Assembly: GCF_009914755.1 (NCBI RefSeq)
Contig: NC_060945.1
DNA length: 64,000 bases
From: the human T2T-CHM13v2.0 reference genome, Homo sapiens
Direction: 5' to 3' (one strand)
Shown here in pieces: positions 1-18,614 of the stretch. Each line of letters starts with the position of its first letter. The first letter of the stretch is position 1. The notes under the pieces were generated by a model. The model did not search any database. It saw only the letters and a program-made list of their open reading frames with translations, and was not told where the DNA came from. A program made the translations under genes and the position numbers.

Positions 1-304
1 GAAGAGTGGGGAAATTTCTTTTTAAACTAAAAGAACCTCCTGATAGACATACTTTAAAATGCTAATTTGATCAGCATCAGGCTTTTTCAAGGGTTGTGAA
101 AAATCTTAACGGTTTAGATTTTTTCAAAAGGTATATTCTGCTATGCAGACAGTGAGTTTGTGCTTTCATATACTTCAGCTTTCTACAAACCTAGTAAAAA
201 GTTACTGCTTTACATTGTACCTAGGAGTACCACAGTGATACTAACAGGTACCTTCATTAAAATATTAAACATTACCAGTTGTCTCTACCTAACATAGACT
301 AGTG

Positions 305-1067
<763 letters not shown>

Positions 1068-1209
1068 TGAACAGATAGATGGACTGTACCATGGAAATAA
1101 AACACAAAAATGTACATTCAGACAATGGAAGGAGTGACTTTTACATATGTTCCAGATCTAATGTCTGTTTTTAAATGTTACACCAATTCTACTTTAAGAA
1201 CTTGATTGT

Positions 1210-1547
<338 letters not shown>

Positions 1548-1731
1548 TTAACTGGCAGTGGGGGAAGTTTTAATTTCTGTAGTTTTATTCTTTTAGGACT
1601 GCAAAGGTTTGGTGTCCAACATACTTTTTTGGGGGTTGTAGTAGTTTGTATGATCCTGGCTGTTTTTTTCATAATGTAACAAAAAAATGTACCAGTGACA
1701 ATTGATTTCAAATTTGTTTCTGCTTCCTTGA

Positions 1732-2241
<510 letters not shown>

Positions 2242-2536
2242 TGACAGGCAGGTTTACTCTGTGCCTGCCTCTGTGCTGAAGATGGTGGTTCTGAGTCTGG
2301 ATCCCTTTGAGAATTGAGCCACCCACATGCACGCAGATGTCTGCATAACGTGTCTGGGAGTTCATAGGGTCCCAGTATGCCTTTGGTCAGCCAAGAAAAC
2401 AAATTAATGAAAATACCACACTCTCCCCACTTAGAACTCAGCTAGTGGAGCTTTAGACTAACGGGGTTTCAAGAGCAGCTTAATACTCATTTGACTTAAC
2501 AGCCACTTTCATTTTGGGTGTGTTTTTCAAAAGCAG

Positions 2537-2665
2537 ATCTGCATTCTGCCCCTCCTGATGTCACCACGGGCCTCGTGGAGCATTCGTACTTTGAGCGTCC
2601 ACAGGTGGCTTCTGTGAGAAGTGTTCCTCGGGGGTGCAGCGGGAGCATGCTGGAAACAGCAGATG
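2537..2665 (+). CDS. DIP2A: DIP2A exon ~6, (D)LHSAPPDVTTGLVEHSYFERPQVASVRSVPRGCSGSMLETAD(G), 129 nt, phase 1-1
   Basis: aagcag|ATCTG...GATG|gtgagc; in frame with the next exon. Confidence 0.95.
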
Positions 2666-3502
2666 GTGAGCCTGCCTCTCTTTCTCCTCGTGAAATAGCA
2701 GAACACAGGTTTTGTCTTTGGGTATTGAACACAGCTTTAATGTATTCACTGTAGCAAACCCAAGCCAAACGTCAGTTTTAATCCATGCAGATAAATAGAA
2801 ACCAGTGTGTGCAGTTAATGTTATAGAAAGCATCATGTGGAGAAATAATTGGAAATATCAATGGAATTGGTCAGAGGGGAAACGAGGAGAGTGGGGAGGG
2901 AAAAGACTTCCAAATTTAGATAGGATGCAAAGGGCGTTTCGATCTGCAATATAGTAGGGAAATGAGAAGCTGTGGGAAGTTTCTTTATTTAGATTCAATG
3001 TGGCAGACAGAATGACTTAGTCAGTGCGAGTGCACACACCCACCTATGACAGAACAGCCCCCTACACTCTCCATCCTCAGCAGACTGTGAAATCGGTGCA
3101 ACAGCAATCATGGTTTCCCATGTGCAGGCTCAGAGATGTCAGTGTAACTTTCATAATGTCCTCATTTACACCATTTCTTTTTGAAACAGTCTTCAATGTC
3201 TTTTATCAAAATCATGTCAATTTTTTTCCCAAAATAATAATTTAAATAAAAATTAAGAGGAGCTCAGAGCTAGGGCCTATCATATATGTTGGTACTCCCA
3301 AACAGAGTGTCAGATTTTGTTGAGGGCTTTCATCTCCTTGTCCAGAGGCAGAAGAAAAATACTGAATCAACATGAAGCAGTCTGTACATTGGCTAGACAT
3401 GTATTTAATTCAATTTATTACTCTTTATATTTAAAAAAATTAAGAGCTTAATTAAAGGGTAATTGACATAATGAATTGCACATATTTAAAGTGTACAGTT
3501 TC

Positions 3503-3790
<288 letters not shown>

Positions 3791-4302
3791 TTTTAAGACA
3801 TTTGTACAGCTGTGGAAAGCATCACTACAATCAAGATAGTGACCATATCCAGCACGCCCAAAAGTGTCCTTGTGTTCCTTGGTCCTCCTCTCTTCGGATC
3901 CTTCTGGCTTTCCCCATACACTTCAGGCAGCCACCGATTTACTTTCTGTCACTATAGATTAGATTGCATTTTCTAGAATTTTATATAAAAGGAATCATAC
4001 AGCGTTTACGTTTATGGTCTGCCTTCTACCACTCTCCATAATTATTTTGAGATTCATTCATGTTCTGTATCAATAGTTTACTCCTTCTCATTGAGTAATA
4101 TTTCATTAAATGGATGCACCACAATTTGGCTGTTCACCTGTTGATGTGTATTTAGGTTGTTTCTAGTTTGGGCCGGTTACAAGTAAAGCTGCTATGAATA
4201 ATCAATCTTGTATACGTTTTTGCATAGATGGGTACTTTCATTTCTTTTGGGTCAATACCTAGAAGTAGAATGGCTGAATTATATTGTAGGTGTATTTCAC
4301 CT

Positions 4303-4592
4303 TTTTTTTTGGAGACTGAGTCTCACTCTGTTGCCCAGGCTAGAGTGCAGTGGCATGATCTTGGCTCACTGAAACCTCGCCATCCTGGGTTCAAGCGATT
4401 CTCCTGCCTCACCCTCCCAAGTAGCTGGGATTACAGGCATGTGCCACCACGCCCAGTTAATTTTTGCATTTTCAGTAGAGATGGGATTTCACCATGTTGT
4501 CCAGGCTGGTCTCAAACTCCTGGCCTCAAGTGATCCACCTGCCTTGGCCACCTAAAGTACTGGGATTATAGGTGTGAGCCACCATACCCAGC
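4303..4592 (-). mobile_element. Alu
   Basis: antisense Alu dimer. Confidence 0.92.
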
Positions 4593-4846
4593 CTATTTTA
4601 ACTTTTTAAGAAACTGCCACGCTGTTTTCCAAAGTGATTGTACCATTTTACATTCTCATTATTAGTAGTGAGAGTATCAGTTCCTCCACACCCTTTCCAA
4701 CAGTTGGTATTATGTTTAAAAAATTTCAGCCATCCCAATAGGCATGTAGAGATATCTCATTACAGTTTCAATTTGCATTTCCCTAACGGCTGATGGTGTG
4801 TTGAACATCTTTTTATGCACCTATTTGCCATCTGTGTATCTCTTGA

Positions 4847-5249
<403 letters not shown>

Positions 5250-5831
5250 AAATTGTGCTTGTTTTCTTATTGAGTTTTGAGGGCTGTTTATATATTCTAG
5301 ATACAAGTCATCCCATATGAGGTTTATCATTTGTATTTTCTCCCAGTCTGGCTTGCTTTAACAATGCCTTTCAAAGAACAGATGGTTTACATTTTTATGA
5401 CATTCAGTTTACCAAATTTTTTTATATATTGTGCTTTTGTGTCATATCTAAGAAATTTTTGTCTAACCCAAGGTCACAAATGTTTTCTCCTATATTTTCT
5501 TCCAGAATTTTATAGTTTTAGTTTTTACATTTAGGTAGATAGTTCATTTTGAGTTAATTTTAGCCTAAGTATCAGGTATGAATCAAAGTTTACATTTTTG
5601 TATGTGGGTATTCAGTTGTTCTAGCATCATTTATAATAAAGACCATTCTTTTCCCACCAAGTTTCCTTGGCATCTTTAATGAAAATCAGTAGACCATGTT
5701 GGAGAGGGAAGGGTCTATTTCTGGGCTCTGGGCTCTGTGTGTTGTTCCGTTTCCTTATTTATCTGTCCTTACACCTCGTATAGCCATGACCACTGTGATT
5801 TTCTTAAAATTCTTGAAATTATACAGTTTGA

Positions 5832-6213
<382 letters not shown>

Positions 6214-6218
6214 CCCCA

Positions 6219-6522
6219 TTTTTTTTTTTTTTAAATAGTGACTCTGTTGCCCAGGCTGGAGTTCACTGACATGATCATGGCTCACTGTAGCCTGAAACTT
6301 CTGGACTCAAGCAATCCTTCCTTCTCAGCCTCCCAAGGAGCAGGGACTGCAGGCACAAGCCACCACATCCAGATAATTTTTTATTTTTTAAATTTTTTGT
6401 AGAGACAGGGTCTTGCTGTGTTGACCAGGCTAGTCTTAAACTTCTGGCCTCAAGCGATCCTCTCCTGCCTTAGCTAACCAAAGTGCTGGGATTACAGCTG
6501 TGAGCCACTGCTCCTGGCTGGC
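6219..6522 (-). mobile_element. Alu (AluJ-like)
   Basis: diverged antisense Alu. Confidence 0.88.
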
Positions 6523-6528
6523 CAATGA

Positions 6529-6815
<287 letters not shown>

Positions 6816-6856
6816 CCATGACTTCTTAACATTACCATGGAATAGTCGTGACCTCA

Positions 6857-7222
<366 letters not shown>

Positions 7223-7434
7223 CCTGCTAGCTTAGAACAAGTCCTGTTTCCTGGAAGGCATTCAGTAAGTGTTTTCTAAATGAATTGATTCCAAAATGAC
7301 TGTCCAGTGGGGCCCACACTTGGATGGATTTGTAAGCTCTGATGCATCGTGTGGTTTGTCCTTGGACCTTACACCTGTGTCCACTTCTTCAGATGTGTCC
7401 TGGCCTCAGTGCTCCTCTGTCCTTCCCGTGACAG

Positions 7435-7554
7435 GTGTCCCTGTGAACAGCAGAGTGTCCTCCAAAATCCAGCAGCTTCTGAACACCCTGAAGAGGCCAA
7501 AGCGCCCTCCACTGAAGGAGTTCTTTGTGGATGATTTTGAGGAATTGTTGGAAG
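7435..7554 (+). CDS. DIP2A: DIP2A exon ~7, (G)VPVNSRVSSKIQQLLNTLKRPKRPPLKEFFVDDFEELLE, 120 nt
   Basis: gacag|GTGTC...GAAG|gtaaga. Confidence 0.96.
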
Positions 7555-8185
7555 GTAAGAGTTGTCCAACTTTGAGCTTTTCTGTTTGTATGAAAAGGGT
7601 GGCCACGAAGTTGAGAAACACAGGCAAATGTATATTATACATGGATATTGCTATATATATTCTGTTTCCAGACTCAGTGGTCACTGGGTGTAATGGTGAA
7701 TTTAGAATCACATGACTGCTTCCTTTATTTGAGCAGGTAGAAAATTTGCTGCTCATATTCAAGTGACTTGGCATTTCATAAAAATTCTTCTACGGTTTTA
7801 TTTAACTTACATTATTTAAATGTTTAATTTAAACTTTAACTCTGAAATACTTACCTTCTTGTGGTTTTAAAGTATTTAATTTTCAGCATAGATTTGGCTG
7901 CTTTTCAGAATTTTAGCCTCTCATATGTGAATGAAATACGTATTTAGGAAGAATACACACATATTTTTTAAAAGAGAAAACTAGCAAGCAGAAACCAGAA
8001 ATGAAGCCAGTACAAACATGTGAGTGTGTCGTTAGGGCCACAGGGGCCCCATGCTGGTCCTACTCGCAGACCTTGGCTGTTTGTACAGTGACACTGCTGA
8101 CAGCCGACCAGCCCAGAGTCTCCTCCACACCCGAGGATTAGACATAGCTTTCAGGAGATTATTTCCCCGTTGTAATCAGATAGTG

Positions 8186-8636
8186 TGTATTAGTCAGGGT
8201 TCTCTAGAGGGACAGAACTAATAGGATAGATGTATACATATAAAGGGAAGTTCATTAAGGCATATTGACTCACACGATCACAAGGTGAGGTCCCACAGTA
8301 AGCCATCTGCAAGCTGAGAGCAAGGAAGCCAGTCTGAGTCCCAGTGCTGAAGAACTTGGAATCCAATGTTCTAGGGCAGGAAGCATCCAGCACAGGAGAA
8401 AGGTGTAGGCTGGGAGGCTAGGCCAGTCTAGTCTTTCCACGTTCTTCTGCCTGCTTTATTCTGGCCGTGCTGGCAGCTGATTAAACTGTGCCCACCCAGA
8501 TTTAGGGTGGGTCTGCCTTTCCCAGTCCACTGACTCAAACGTTAATCTCCTTTGGCAACACCCTCACAGACACACCCAGGAAGAATACTTTGCATCCTTC
8601 AATCCCATCAAGTTGACATCAATATTAGCCATCACA
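8186..8636 (-). mobile_element. MLT2A (probably MLT2A1) HERV-L solo LTR
   Basis: Reverse complement begins TGTGATGGCTAATATTGATGTCAACTTGATGGGATTGAAGGATGCAAAG and ends CCTGACTAATACA; TG..CA termini; 5-bp TSD tagtg/cagtg; 451 bp. Confidence 0.88.
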
Positions 8637-8670
8637 CAGTGCCTTTCAAATTCAGAGTTTATTGGTATGA

Positions 8671-9109
<439 letters not shown>

Positions 9110-9593
9110 TATAATCAAATAATCTTTTAATTCTTTTTCTTTGAACATAGTGATAGTTGTTTGGATCCCTAGGCTGAAGTGGTGGTTCTGCTTGCTTTCC
9201 TCCTGTGTGAGTGGGCCACCAGGTCCTATCTCCAGGCTGTGGATACCTGGCTGTTCACCGCTGTGGTGCCGGGGGTAGCAGAGGTGCCACAGTCCTGTCC
9301 AGAAGTTGGGAAAGTGGGAACCACTCCAAGGTCACCTTTGTCTGTGAGGTTGTGGTCACCAGGATGGTGGGTTGTTTTTAACTTTATTTCACAGCCGTCA
9401 TCATCCATGACTAAAGCTCCTTTAATCCTTTGGTTAGTTGTCGGTGACTGTGATGCAAAAATCGAAACAAATTATTGTAAGCTTTTTTATAGTTGGGATT
9501 AAAAAACAATATTATAAACTATGAATGCTTAAAAACAGAATGTGTTCGTGGTGCTCTGAATTGCTGATTTTAAAGTTTTGATTTTGCTTGTAG

Positions 9594-9791
9594 TTCAGCA
9601 ACCAGATCCAAATCAGCCAAAGCCTGAGGGAAGCGAGACGAGTGTGCTGAGAGGGGAGCCTCTCACTGCAGGTGTCCCCCGACCGCCGTCGCTGTTGGCC
9701 ACCTTGCAGCGCTGGGGCACAACACAGCCCAAATCCCCCTGTCTGACTGCCTTGGATACAACTGGGAAAGCCGTCTACACTCTCACCTATG
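9594..9791 (+). CDS. DIP2A: DIP2A exon ~8, (V)QQPDPNQPKPEG...GKAVYTLTY, 198 nt, GC donor
   Basis: ttgtag|TTCAG...TATG|gcaagt; only the GC donor keeps frame with exon 9. Confidence 0.94.
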
Positions 9792-10809
9792 GCAAGTGTT
9801 AACAGAAAGCAGTTGTGCTTCTGGGTTAGCTGTAGAATGTCACACACATAACACAGCATAGACATACAGCTTGATAAATATTCCTGAGAAACCAGCACAG
9901 CTGGCAGATAAATAGAACATTGACCTATACCAGGTACCCATCCCACCAGAGGGGACCACTCACTGATGCATGGTGACTGCCATTGCTCTGGGTTCAAGTG
10001 TTTGGAGCGTTCTATGTATGCATTCTGAACAGTGTAGTTTAGTTTCGTCTTATTTTCAACTTTGTATAAGGGGAATCATGCAGTATGTATTTCTGTGTGT
10101 TTGACATCTTTTGGTTCCATACTATGTTTTTTTTGTAACACAAATAGTAAGCATATATACAACCTGATGAATTCACAGAGTGAATATGGTCCTGTAATCA
10201 GCACTCCAAGCAGAAGTGTTGCTAGGTTCAAAGCCCCTCACACCCCTTCCACACACAAAGGGTAACTACTGTCCTGACTGCCCACACTGTTGGCTTTACC
10301 TGCCTTTAAACAAGTGTTCTTTTAGTTTATTCTCATTGATGGTATTATTTTATCGTGTGAATATACTGGAACTTACTTACACACTCTTAAGTAGATGGAC
10401 ATTTGGGTGGTTTCCACTTTGGGGCTATTGTGTATAGTGCTGTTAGGGACATGCTTATGTGAGTTTCTTGGTGAGAATATGTAGGCATTTGTGCTAGGTA
10501 TAAATGCAGAAGCAGAATTGTTCAGCATTAGGACATACTGCCAAACAGTTTTCCAAAGGCAGTGCAGCAGTTTTCACTCCCACAGGCAGTGAGTACGTGA
10601 GGGGTTCCAGTTAACTCTTTTCTCACCAGCTTTTGATATTGTTTATTTCATTATAGTCTTTGTTGTAGGTGTGTTGTAGCACAGGCTAATTTGCATTTGC
10701 CTGGTGACAAATTATGCTTTTCATATGCTTATTGGTTGTTTGAATATCCACATTTATGTACTATTCAAATATTTGGCTCATTTCTCTGTTTGCTAATGCT
10801 TTCATCTTT

Positions 10810-11132
10810 CTTTTTTATTTTTTTTTCTGAGAAAAGGTTTCACTCTGTCACTCAGGCTAGAGTGCAGTGGTGCAATCATAGCTCACTGCTGCCTTGACCT
10901 CCTGGGCTCGAGATGCTCCTGCCTCAGCCTCCTGAGTAGCTGGGACCATAGGCTCACATCACCACACCCAGCTAATTTAAAAAAAAAAACAAAACAAAAA
11001 AAACTTTTTTTTGTAGAAATGGGGGGTCTCCCTATGTTGCCCAGGCTGATATCGAACTCCTGGCTAAAGCAGTCCTCCCATCTTAGCCTCTCAAAGTGCT
11101 GGGATTACAAGTGTGAGCCACTGCACCTGGCC
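10810..11132 (-). mobile_element. Alu (AluJ-like)
   Basis: antisense Alu. Confidence 0.88.
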
Positions 11133-11845
11133 TCTTATTTCTTTGTATGTTTCAGATAGGCATCTTTCCTGAGATGCATGTTTTGCAAATGTCTCCTCAC
11201 TATTTGGATTGCCTTTTAACACTTTTAATTATGGCTTTTAATGAATGAAAAGTCTTAATGTAATCTAACTTACATGTTGTTTTTTTTTTCCTGTATTGTA
11301 GCTAAGTTTTTGTCTAATTTAGAAATTTTTTACCAAACTTAAGGTCACAAAGATATTTTCCTGCATGCTCTTCTAAAACCTTTATTGTTTTACTTTTCAC
11401 ATTTAGGTGTGATGATCCATTTAGAATTTAATTTTGTATATTGTTGGAGTAAAGTTGTATATTGTTGGTATAAAGTTGGAGTCATTTTCTTATGAGTATC
11501 TAACTGACTCAGTATCATTTATTGAAAAGGCAATCCTTTCCCCAAAGTACTGCAGTGTTACTTTGTTATATAGTGGGTGAAAAATGTACTTGCGGGTCTG
11601 TTTCTGGGCTCCTGTTGGCGGGGGGTGTTGTCAGTCTGTTGTCTCTCCATGCTCTGAATCACTGTAGCATTAGGAGTCCTCTTGCTCTGTGATGGTTCCT
11701 CAAGATTGCCTTGACTCTTCTTGGCTCTTTGTATTTCCAAGTAAACTTTAGAATTAACTTGTCAATTTCCATAAAAATTACTACTGGGATATTGATTGGC
11801 ATTGCATTGAATCTCTAGTTCAATTTGAATAGAACTAATGTTTTA

Positions 11846-12092
11846 TAGGTTGAGAGCATCCCAAATATGAAAATCCAAAATCCAAAATGCTCTAAAATCT
11901 GAAACTGCTTGAAGCTGACATGATGCTCAAAGAAAATGCTCATTGGAGCATTTTGGATTTCTGATTTTTGGACTTGTGATGCGATGCTCAACTGGGAAAT
12001 AAATATAATGCAAATATGCCAAAATCTAAAAAAAAATTGAAATCCCAAACACTTCTAATCTCAAGCATTTCGGATAAGGGATACTCAACCTG
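11846..12092 (-). mobile_element. Tigger4a/MER46-type non-autonomous Tc1/mariner DNA transposon
   Basis: TIRs (t/c)aggttgag...atccc / gggatactcaacctg flanked by TA; internal aaaatcc/ttggattt repeats; ~247 bp. Confidence 0.85.
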
Positions 12093-12326
12093 TATTACAA
12101 TTATGTAATCTTCCAGTTTATGATTGTGGAATATTTTCCCCTTTTTAAAGGCCTGCTTCAATTTCTGTCAGTAATGTTTTTATACTTTGGAATACAGAAG
12201 TCTTGAGCACCTTTTATTAGATTTATTCCTGTTACAAGTGCTGTAATTTGTAATTTTCTCTACTGATTTGTTGCTTATATATAGAATTGCAATCTATATT
12301 ATTATTATTTTAAAATGATGACTTTG

Positions 12327-12654
<328 letters not shown>

Positions 12655-13299
12655 TTAACTTATTAGTTCTTTGTTTACTCATAATTAGAAGTTTGTCTAT
12701 ATATCTTTTGTATTACCTGTCTACAAAAATCACATTATTGGTGAATAATGATAGTGTTATTTTGTCCTTTCCAATACTTATACTTTTATTCTTTTTTTTT
12801 TTTTTTTTTTTTTTGGTTTTTTTTTTTGCACAAGCTAGAACCTCCAGTACAGTGTGAAATAGAACAATGTTGAAGAGTGGGCATTCTTGCCTGTTTTTCC
12901 ATCTGAGGAAAAGCCTGTGGTAATTAAGTATGATGTGTTCTGTAGTTTTGTTTGCTTGTTTGTTGGTAGAAACTGTCAGATTAAGAACGTTCCCTTCTCC
13001 TTGTTTGTTAAAAGTTGTTATCATGAGTTGGGATTGAATTTTGTCAAATGCTTTTTCTGCTGCTAGAAAGAAGATCATATGATTTTCCTCCTTCATTAAT
13101 TTGGTGAATTATTTTGATTAATTTTCTAATGTAAAGCAGCCGTTCATTTGTAGAATAAATCCCACTTGGCCATAATATCTTACCCTTTTAAATATACACC
13201 CAGATTTAATTTGCCAATAAGTTGTTTAGGATTTTTACGTCTGTTTTCATTAGAAAAATTGATCTGTAATTCTTTAAGAAAGGAGCCCATTGCCAGCCT

Positions 13300-13615
13300 T
13301 TGATGAGTATGCCTAGCTCACAGCCTCAACTGTTAAACCAGCGTTCAAATCTAGGTCATGCTATTGGCAGAGCAGTCCCTGGCCAATGGCCAAGTAAGGC
13401 AGTGGGACAAGGGCCTAGTTTCTGTTAGCATGGACTTTCCTTAAAAACAGCATTGGGCTTGTGGAGACTGTCAGTTCTACATTGTGGCTTGACAGCTCCT
13501 CCTGCCCAATCTTGCTACCTGTCTTTTCCTGTCACAGATTTTTATTCTTTAGTAATCCTTTTGCATGCCTGAGCCTTTCTCAGCGTCTGCTTTGTGAAGA
13601 ACCCAGCCTGTGACA
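13300..13615 (+). mobile_element. LTR16-family (ERVL) LTR 3' fragment
   Basis: ctgcccaatcttgct...ctcagcgtctgctttgtgaagaacccagcctgtgaca resembles the LTR16 3' end. Confidence 0.6.
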
Positions 13616-13664
13616 CACTTCCTCTTTTTTTTTTTTTATATATTCTCCTTGGCTTGCAGTTTAA

Positions 13665-14008
<344 letters not shown>

Positions 14009-14658
14009 ATTGTTTTTTGTTTGTTTGTTGTTTTAATCAACCATACATTTTTATTCTTTCTTTTACTATATACATTCCTTCCTGAGATTCTGTATTTTCC
14101 TGGGTAATCATTTCCTTCTGGCCTGTAGAACTTCCTGTATGTTCGTTATACTGTAGCTTTGCTGGCAACTTCATTTTTGAAGGTTATATTTCGTGGTGGT
14201 TTATCTTCTTTCAGCAATGCAAAGATATTGTTTATAGGCTTTTGAGAAGATGCCAGACCATTGTTGCTCTATTGACAGTAATGTGTATGGCCGCTTAAAA
14301 AGTGTTCTTTTTATTTGAATTGCAGCCGTCTTACTATGACATTTAGAGGTGATGTTCTTTGAAAATTTCCTGTGATGTTCTTTGAAATTTTCAAGATGTC
14401 CACAGGGCTTCTTGAATCTGTAGAATGGTGTCTTTCATCTGTTTGAGAAAAATTACAGCCATCTTCTCTTACTATATTGCTTCTTCCTCACTTTTTTTCT
14501 TCTCTCCTTCTGGGACTCCAGTTACACTTATACTTTTTCCCTGAGTCCTACATGTTTAATGTTCTTTTTTATATTTTGCATTCTTTCTTATATATACTTC
14601 AATTTGTATATTTTCTATTTTCCTTTATTCAAATTGTTTAATCTTGTCTTCTGAAATT

Positions 14659-14660
<2 letters not shown>

Positions 14661-14693
<33 letters not shown>

Positions 14694-14975
14694 AGATGGA
14701 GTCTGGCTCTGTCGCCCAGGCTGGAGTGCAAGTGGTGCGATGTCAGCTCACTGCAAGCTCCGCCTCCCGGGTTCACGCCATTTTCCTGCCTCAGCCTCCT
14801 GAATAGCTGGGACTATAGGCGCCTGCCACCGCACCCAGCTAATTTTTTTGTGTTTTTAGTAGAGACAGGGTTTCACTGTGTTAGCCAGGATGGTCTCGAT
14901 CTCCTGACCTCATGATCCGCCTGCCTCGGCCTCCCAAAGTGCTGGGATTACAGCCGTGAGCCACCGCTCTTGGCC
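14661..14975 (-). mobile_element. Alu (AluY-like), TSD ctgaaatttct
   Basis: 32-T tail, AluY diagnostics, TSD. Confidence 0.93.
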
Positions 14976-15237
14976 CTGAAATTTCTAATCTGCTGTGAAA
15001 TCCTGATGAGTTCCTTATTTTAGATATTGCCTTTTCAGTTTAGAATTTTCATTTCTCTATTATAGTTACTATTCTAATACTCTGGAAAAATTTCTCATTA
15101 TTCCATACACTTTCCTAATCTTTGCTTCTGCTGCCTTGAATACACACATCAATTATTGTAAATGAAAGTCTTTGTTAGCTAACACCAATATCTGTATCAC
15201 CTTTGGGTCTGTTGCTCTTGTCTGTGTTTTCTCTCTC

Positions 15238-15560
15238 TTTTTTTTTTTTTTTTTTTTTTTTTTTGAGACAGAGTCTTGCTCTGTTGCCCACACTGGAGTG
15301 CAGTGGTGATCACAACTCACTGCAGCCTTGACTTCTTGGGCTCAAGAGGTCCTCCCACCACAGCCTCCTGAGTAGCTGGGACTACAGGTGCACAGCACTA
15401 CGCCCAGCTAATTTTTTCTTTCTTTCTTATTTTCTTTTTTTTATAGAGATGGGGTTTCACTGTGTTGTCCAGGCTGGTCTTGAACTCCTGGGCTCAAGTG
15501 ACCTGCCTGCCTCAGCCTCCCAAAGTGCTGGATTACAGGCGTGAGCCACCATGCCTGGCC
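15238..15560 (-). mobile_element. Alu (AluJ-like)
   Basis: antisense Alu. Confidence 0.88.
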
Positions 15561-16576
15561 TTTTTGATTGAATATTGTATGTTGTGTATAAAAACATTAT
15601 GGCAGGTCCAGACAATGTCATCTTCCTTAAGAGAAACCTCTTTCCCCTCCAAGTAGAGTAGTGGCTGGCTGGTCGCTGCAGTCCAGTCATGCCTGGCCCA
15701 GCCGGCCTTTGCTCTCCTCTGGCTCTCCTGGGCTTTCTGCCAGTGCCTGGTGTGTCCATGTGTCTCTTTCCTCTGATGGCTTCCCAGCCGTGGCGTTGGT
15801 CTCCTCGTGGCTTCTTAACAACCCCATTCTGCTTTTCAGAGGTTTTCCACATGGGCTCTTGGTCTCCTGCTGCACACAGCCAGAGGATTCAGCACATGTC
15901 CTGCAGGAGGTGGCTGTGCTCTCGAGACTCCTAGCCTCTACCAAAAGCTCTGCAGGTTTCTTCATGTCCTGGTGGGACTGCTCCAGGTGGATACTCAGCC
16001 CCCCGTGGGGGCTGGAATCCCTGAACATGGACAGCGTAAAGACAGCTGCAGCTCAGCTCACTTTCCGGAGGGTTTTCCCTCTCTGGAATCTTAACTCCTC
16101 TAGTTGTCTTTGCTGAGCAGCAACTTGCTGCCTCCAAAAGATCATTTCTGCATTTTATTCAGTTTTTAAACTCATCTTAGGCAGGAGTGCTGGTCTGCCA
16201 CCAGTACCCTCTCCTACTCGGAAGCAGAGTCTTCCACCATGGTGCTTTTAAAATTCATCCATGTTATTGCGGGTAGTTGTAATTCATTTATTTCTGTTGA
16301 GGAATGAATATATCAGAATTTACTTAAGCATTATACTGTTGCTGGAATACATGGGCTGTATCCAGTTTTAGCTACTAGAAACAGTGCTCCCAGGAAGATT
16401 CTGGTGTGTGCCACGTGGTAGCTAAGCATATGTTTCTGAAGGTTGAGTACTTAGGAGTGGAAGTACTAGGTCTAGGGTTATGGGCACCTTCACATTGCTG
16501 AGATGGCACCACCGTTCTCCAGTTCACCCTTGGCCCATCAATGTGGGTGGGCCCTACCTGCTCCCCATCATTATCA

Positions 16577-17602
<1,026 letters not shown>

Positions 17603-18032
17603 TATTTCCCCTCTCTGTTTTATGAGAGAAGCCTTAATTCTAAAGGTTGTAGAGGGACAAAGATTCATCTTCTATAACTTCTTCAGGCTGAACAGGAGTG
17701 ATGACATTCCTGCCTAACTATTAGGGTCTTTTATATTTGAGAAAGAAAGGAGCTAAGTCAGAAAGCATCAGTATGGTGAGGGCCATTCATAACGCCAAGA
17801 AAATTTGGTATCTGGAAGATTAATAAGTGTTCAGTTTAAGAAAACATTGAGTAAGCTTATCCTGCATTCCTACACAGAGTACAACAGCAATATATTCCAC
17901 AACAGTAAAACAAAATAAGTAAAATTATCCCAAGTAAATTAAATAGGGATTTTCATGAACTGGGTAACTGTTGGAACTAAGATGATATGGGATTGCTAGC
18001 TGATTCCAGTGTGCCCAGAATTAGAATATTGA

Positions 18033-18357
<325 letters not shown>

Positions 18358-18496
18358 TGATCCAGATTTTTACATTACCCATCTCTCTTGTTTCTCTCTA
18401 CTTTACTCAATTGTTAAAAGCTGTAAATAGCTCAAAAGAGAAGTTTTCTTGGCTCTGAAAAACAAAACAAAGAATCAGCAACAATTTAAGCAAAAA

Positions 18497-18614
18497 GTCA
18501 AAACAAGTTACTTCTGTTTTCTACTGGTTCTATTAGTCCTATTAGTTCAGCTCATGTCAAAACAAGTTACTTCTGTCTTCTATTAGTTCTGTTAGTCCTA
18601 TTAGTTCAGCTCAT
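18497..18614. repeat. 59-bp tandem duplication (2 copies)
   Basis: gtcaaaacaagttacttctg...attagttcagctcat x2. Confidence 0.92.

Noticed and set aside
7393-7434. In-frame upstream acceptor adding 14 aa to exon 7
   Set aside because: The added segment is simply the pyrimidine tract of the real acceptor; no evidence of use.
12713-13096. ORF with RT-like motif AEKAFDKIQ
   Set aside because: Decayed L1 ORF2 fragment with frameshifts and a poly-A insertion; not an intact reverse transcriptase.
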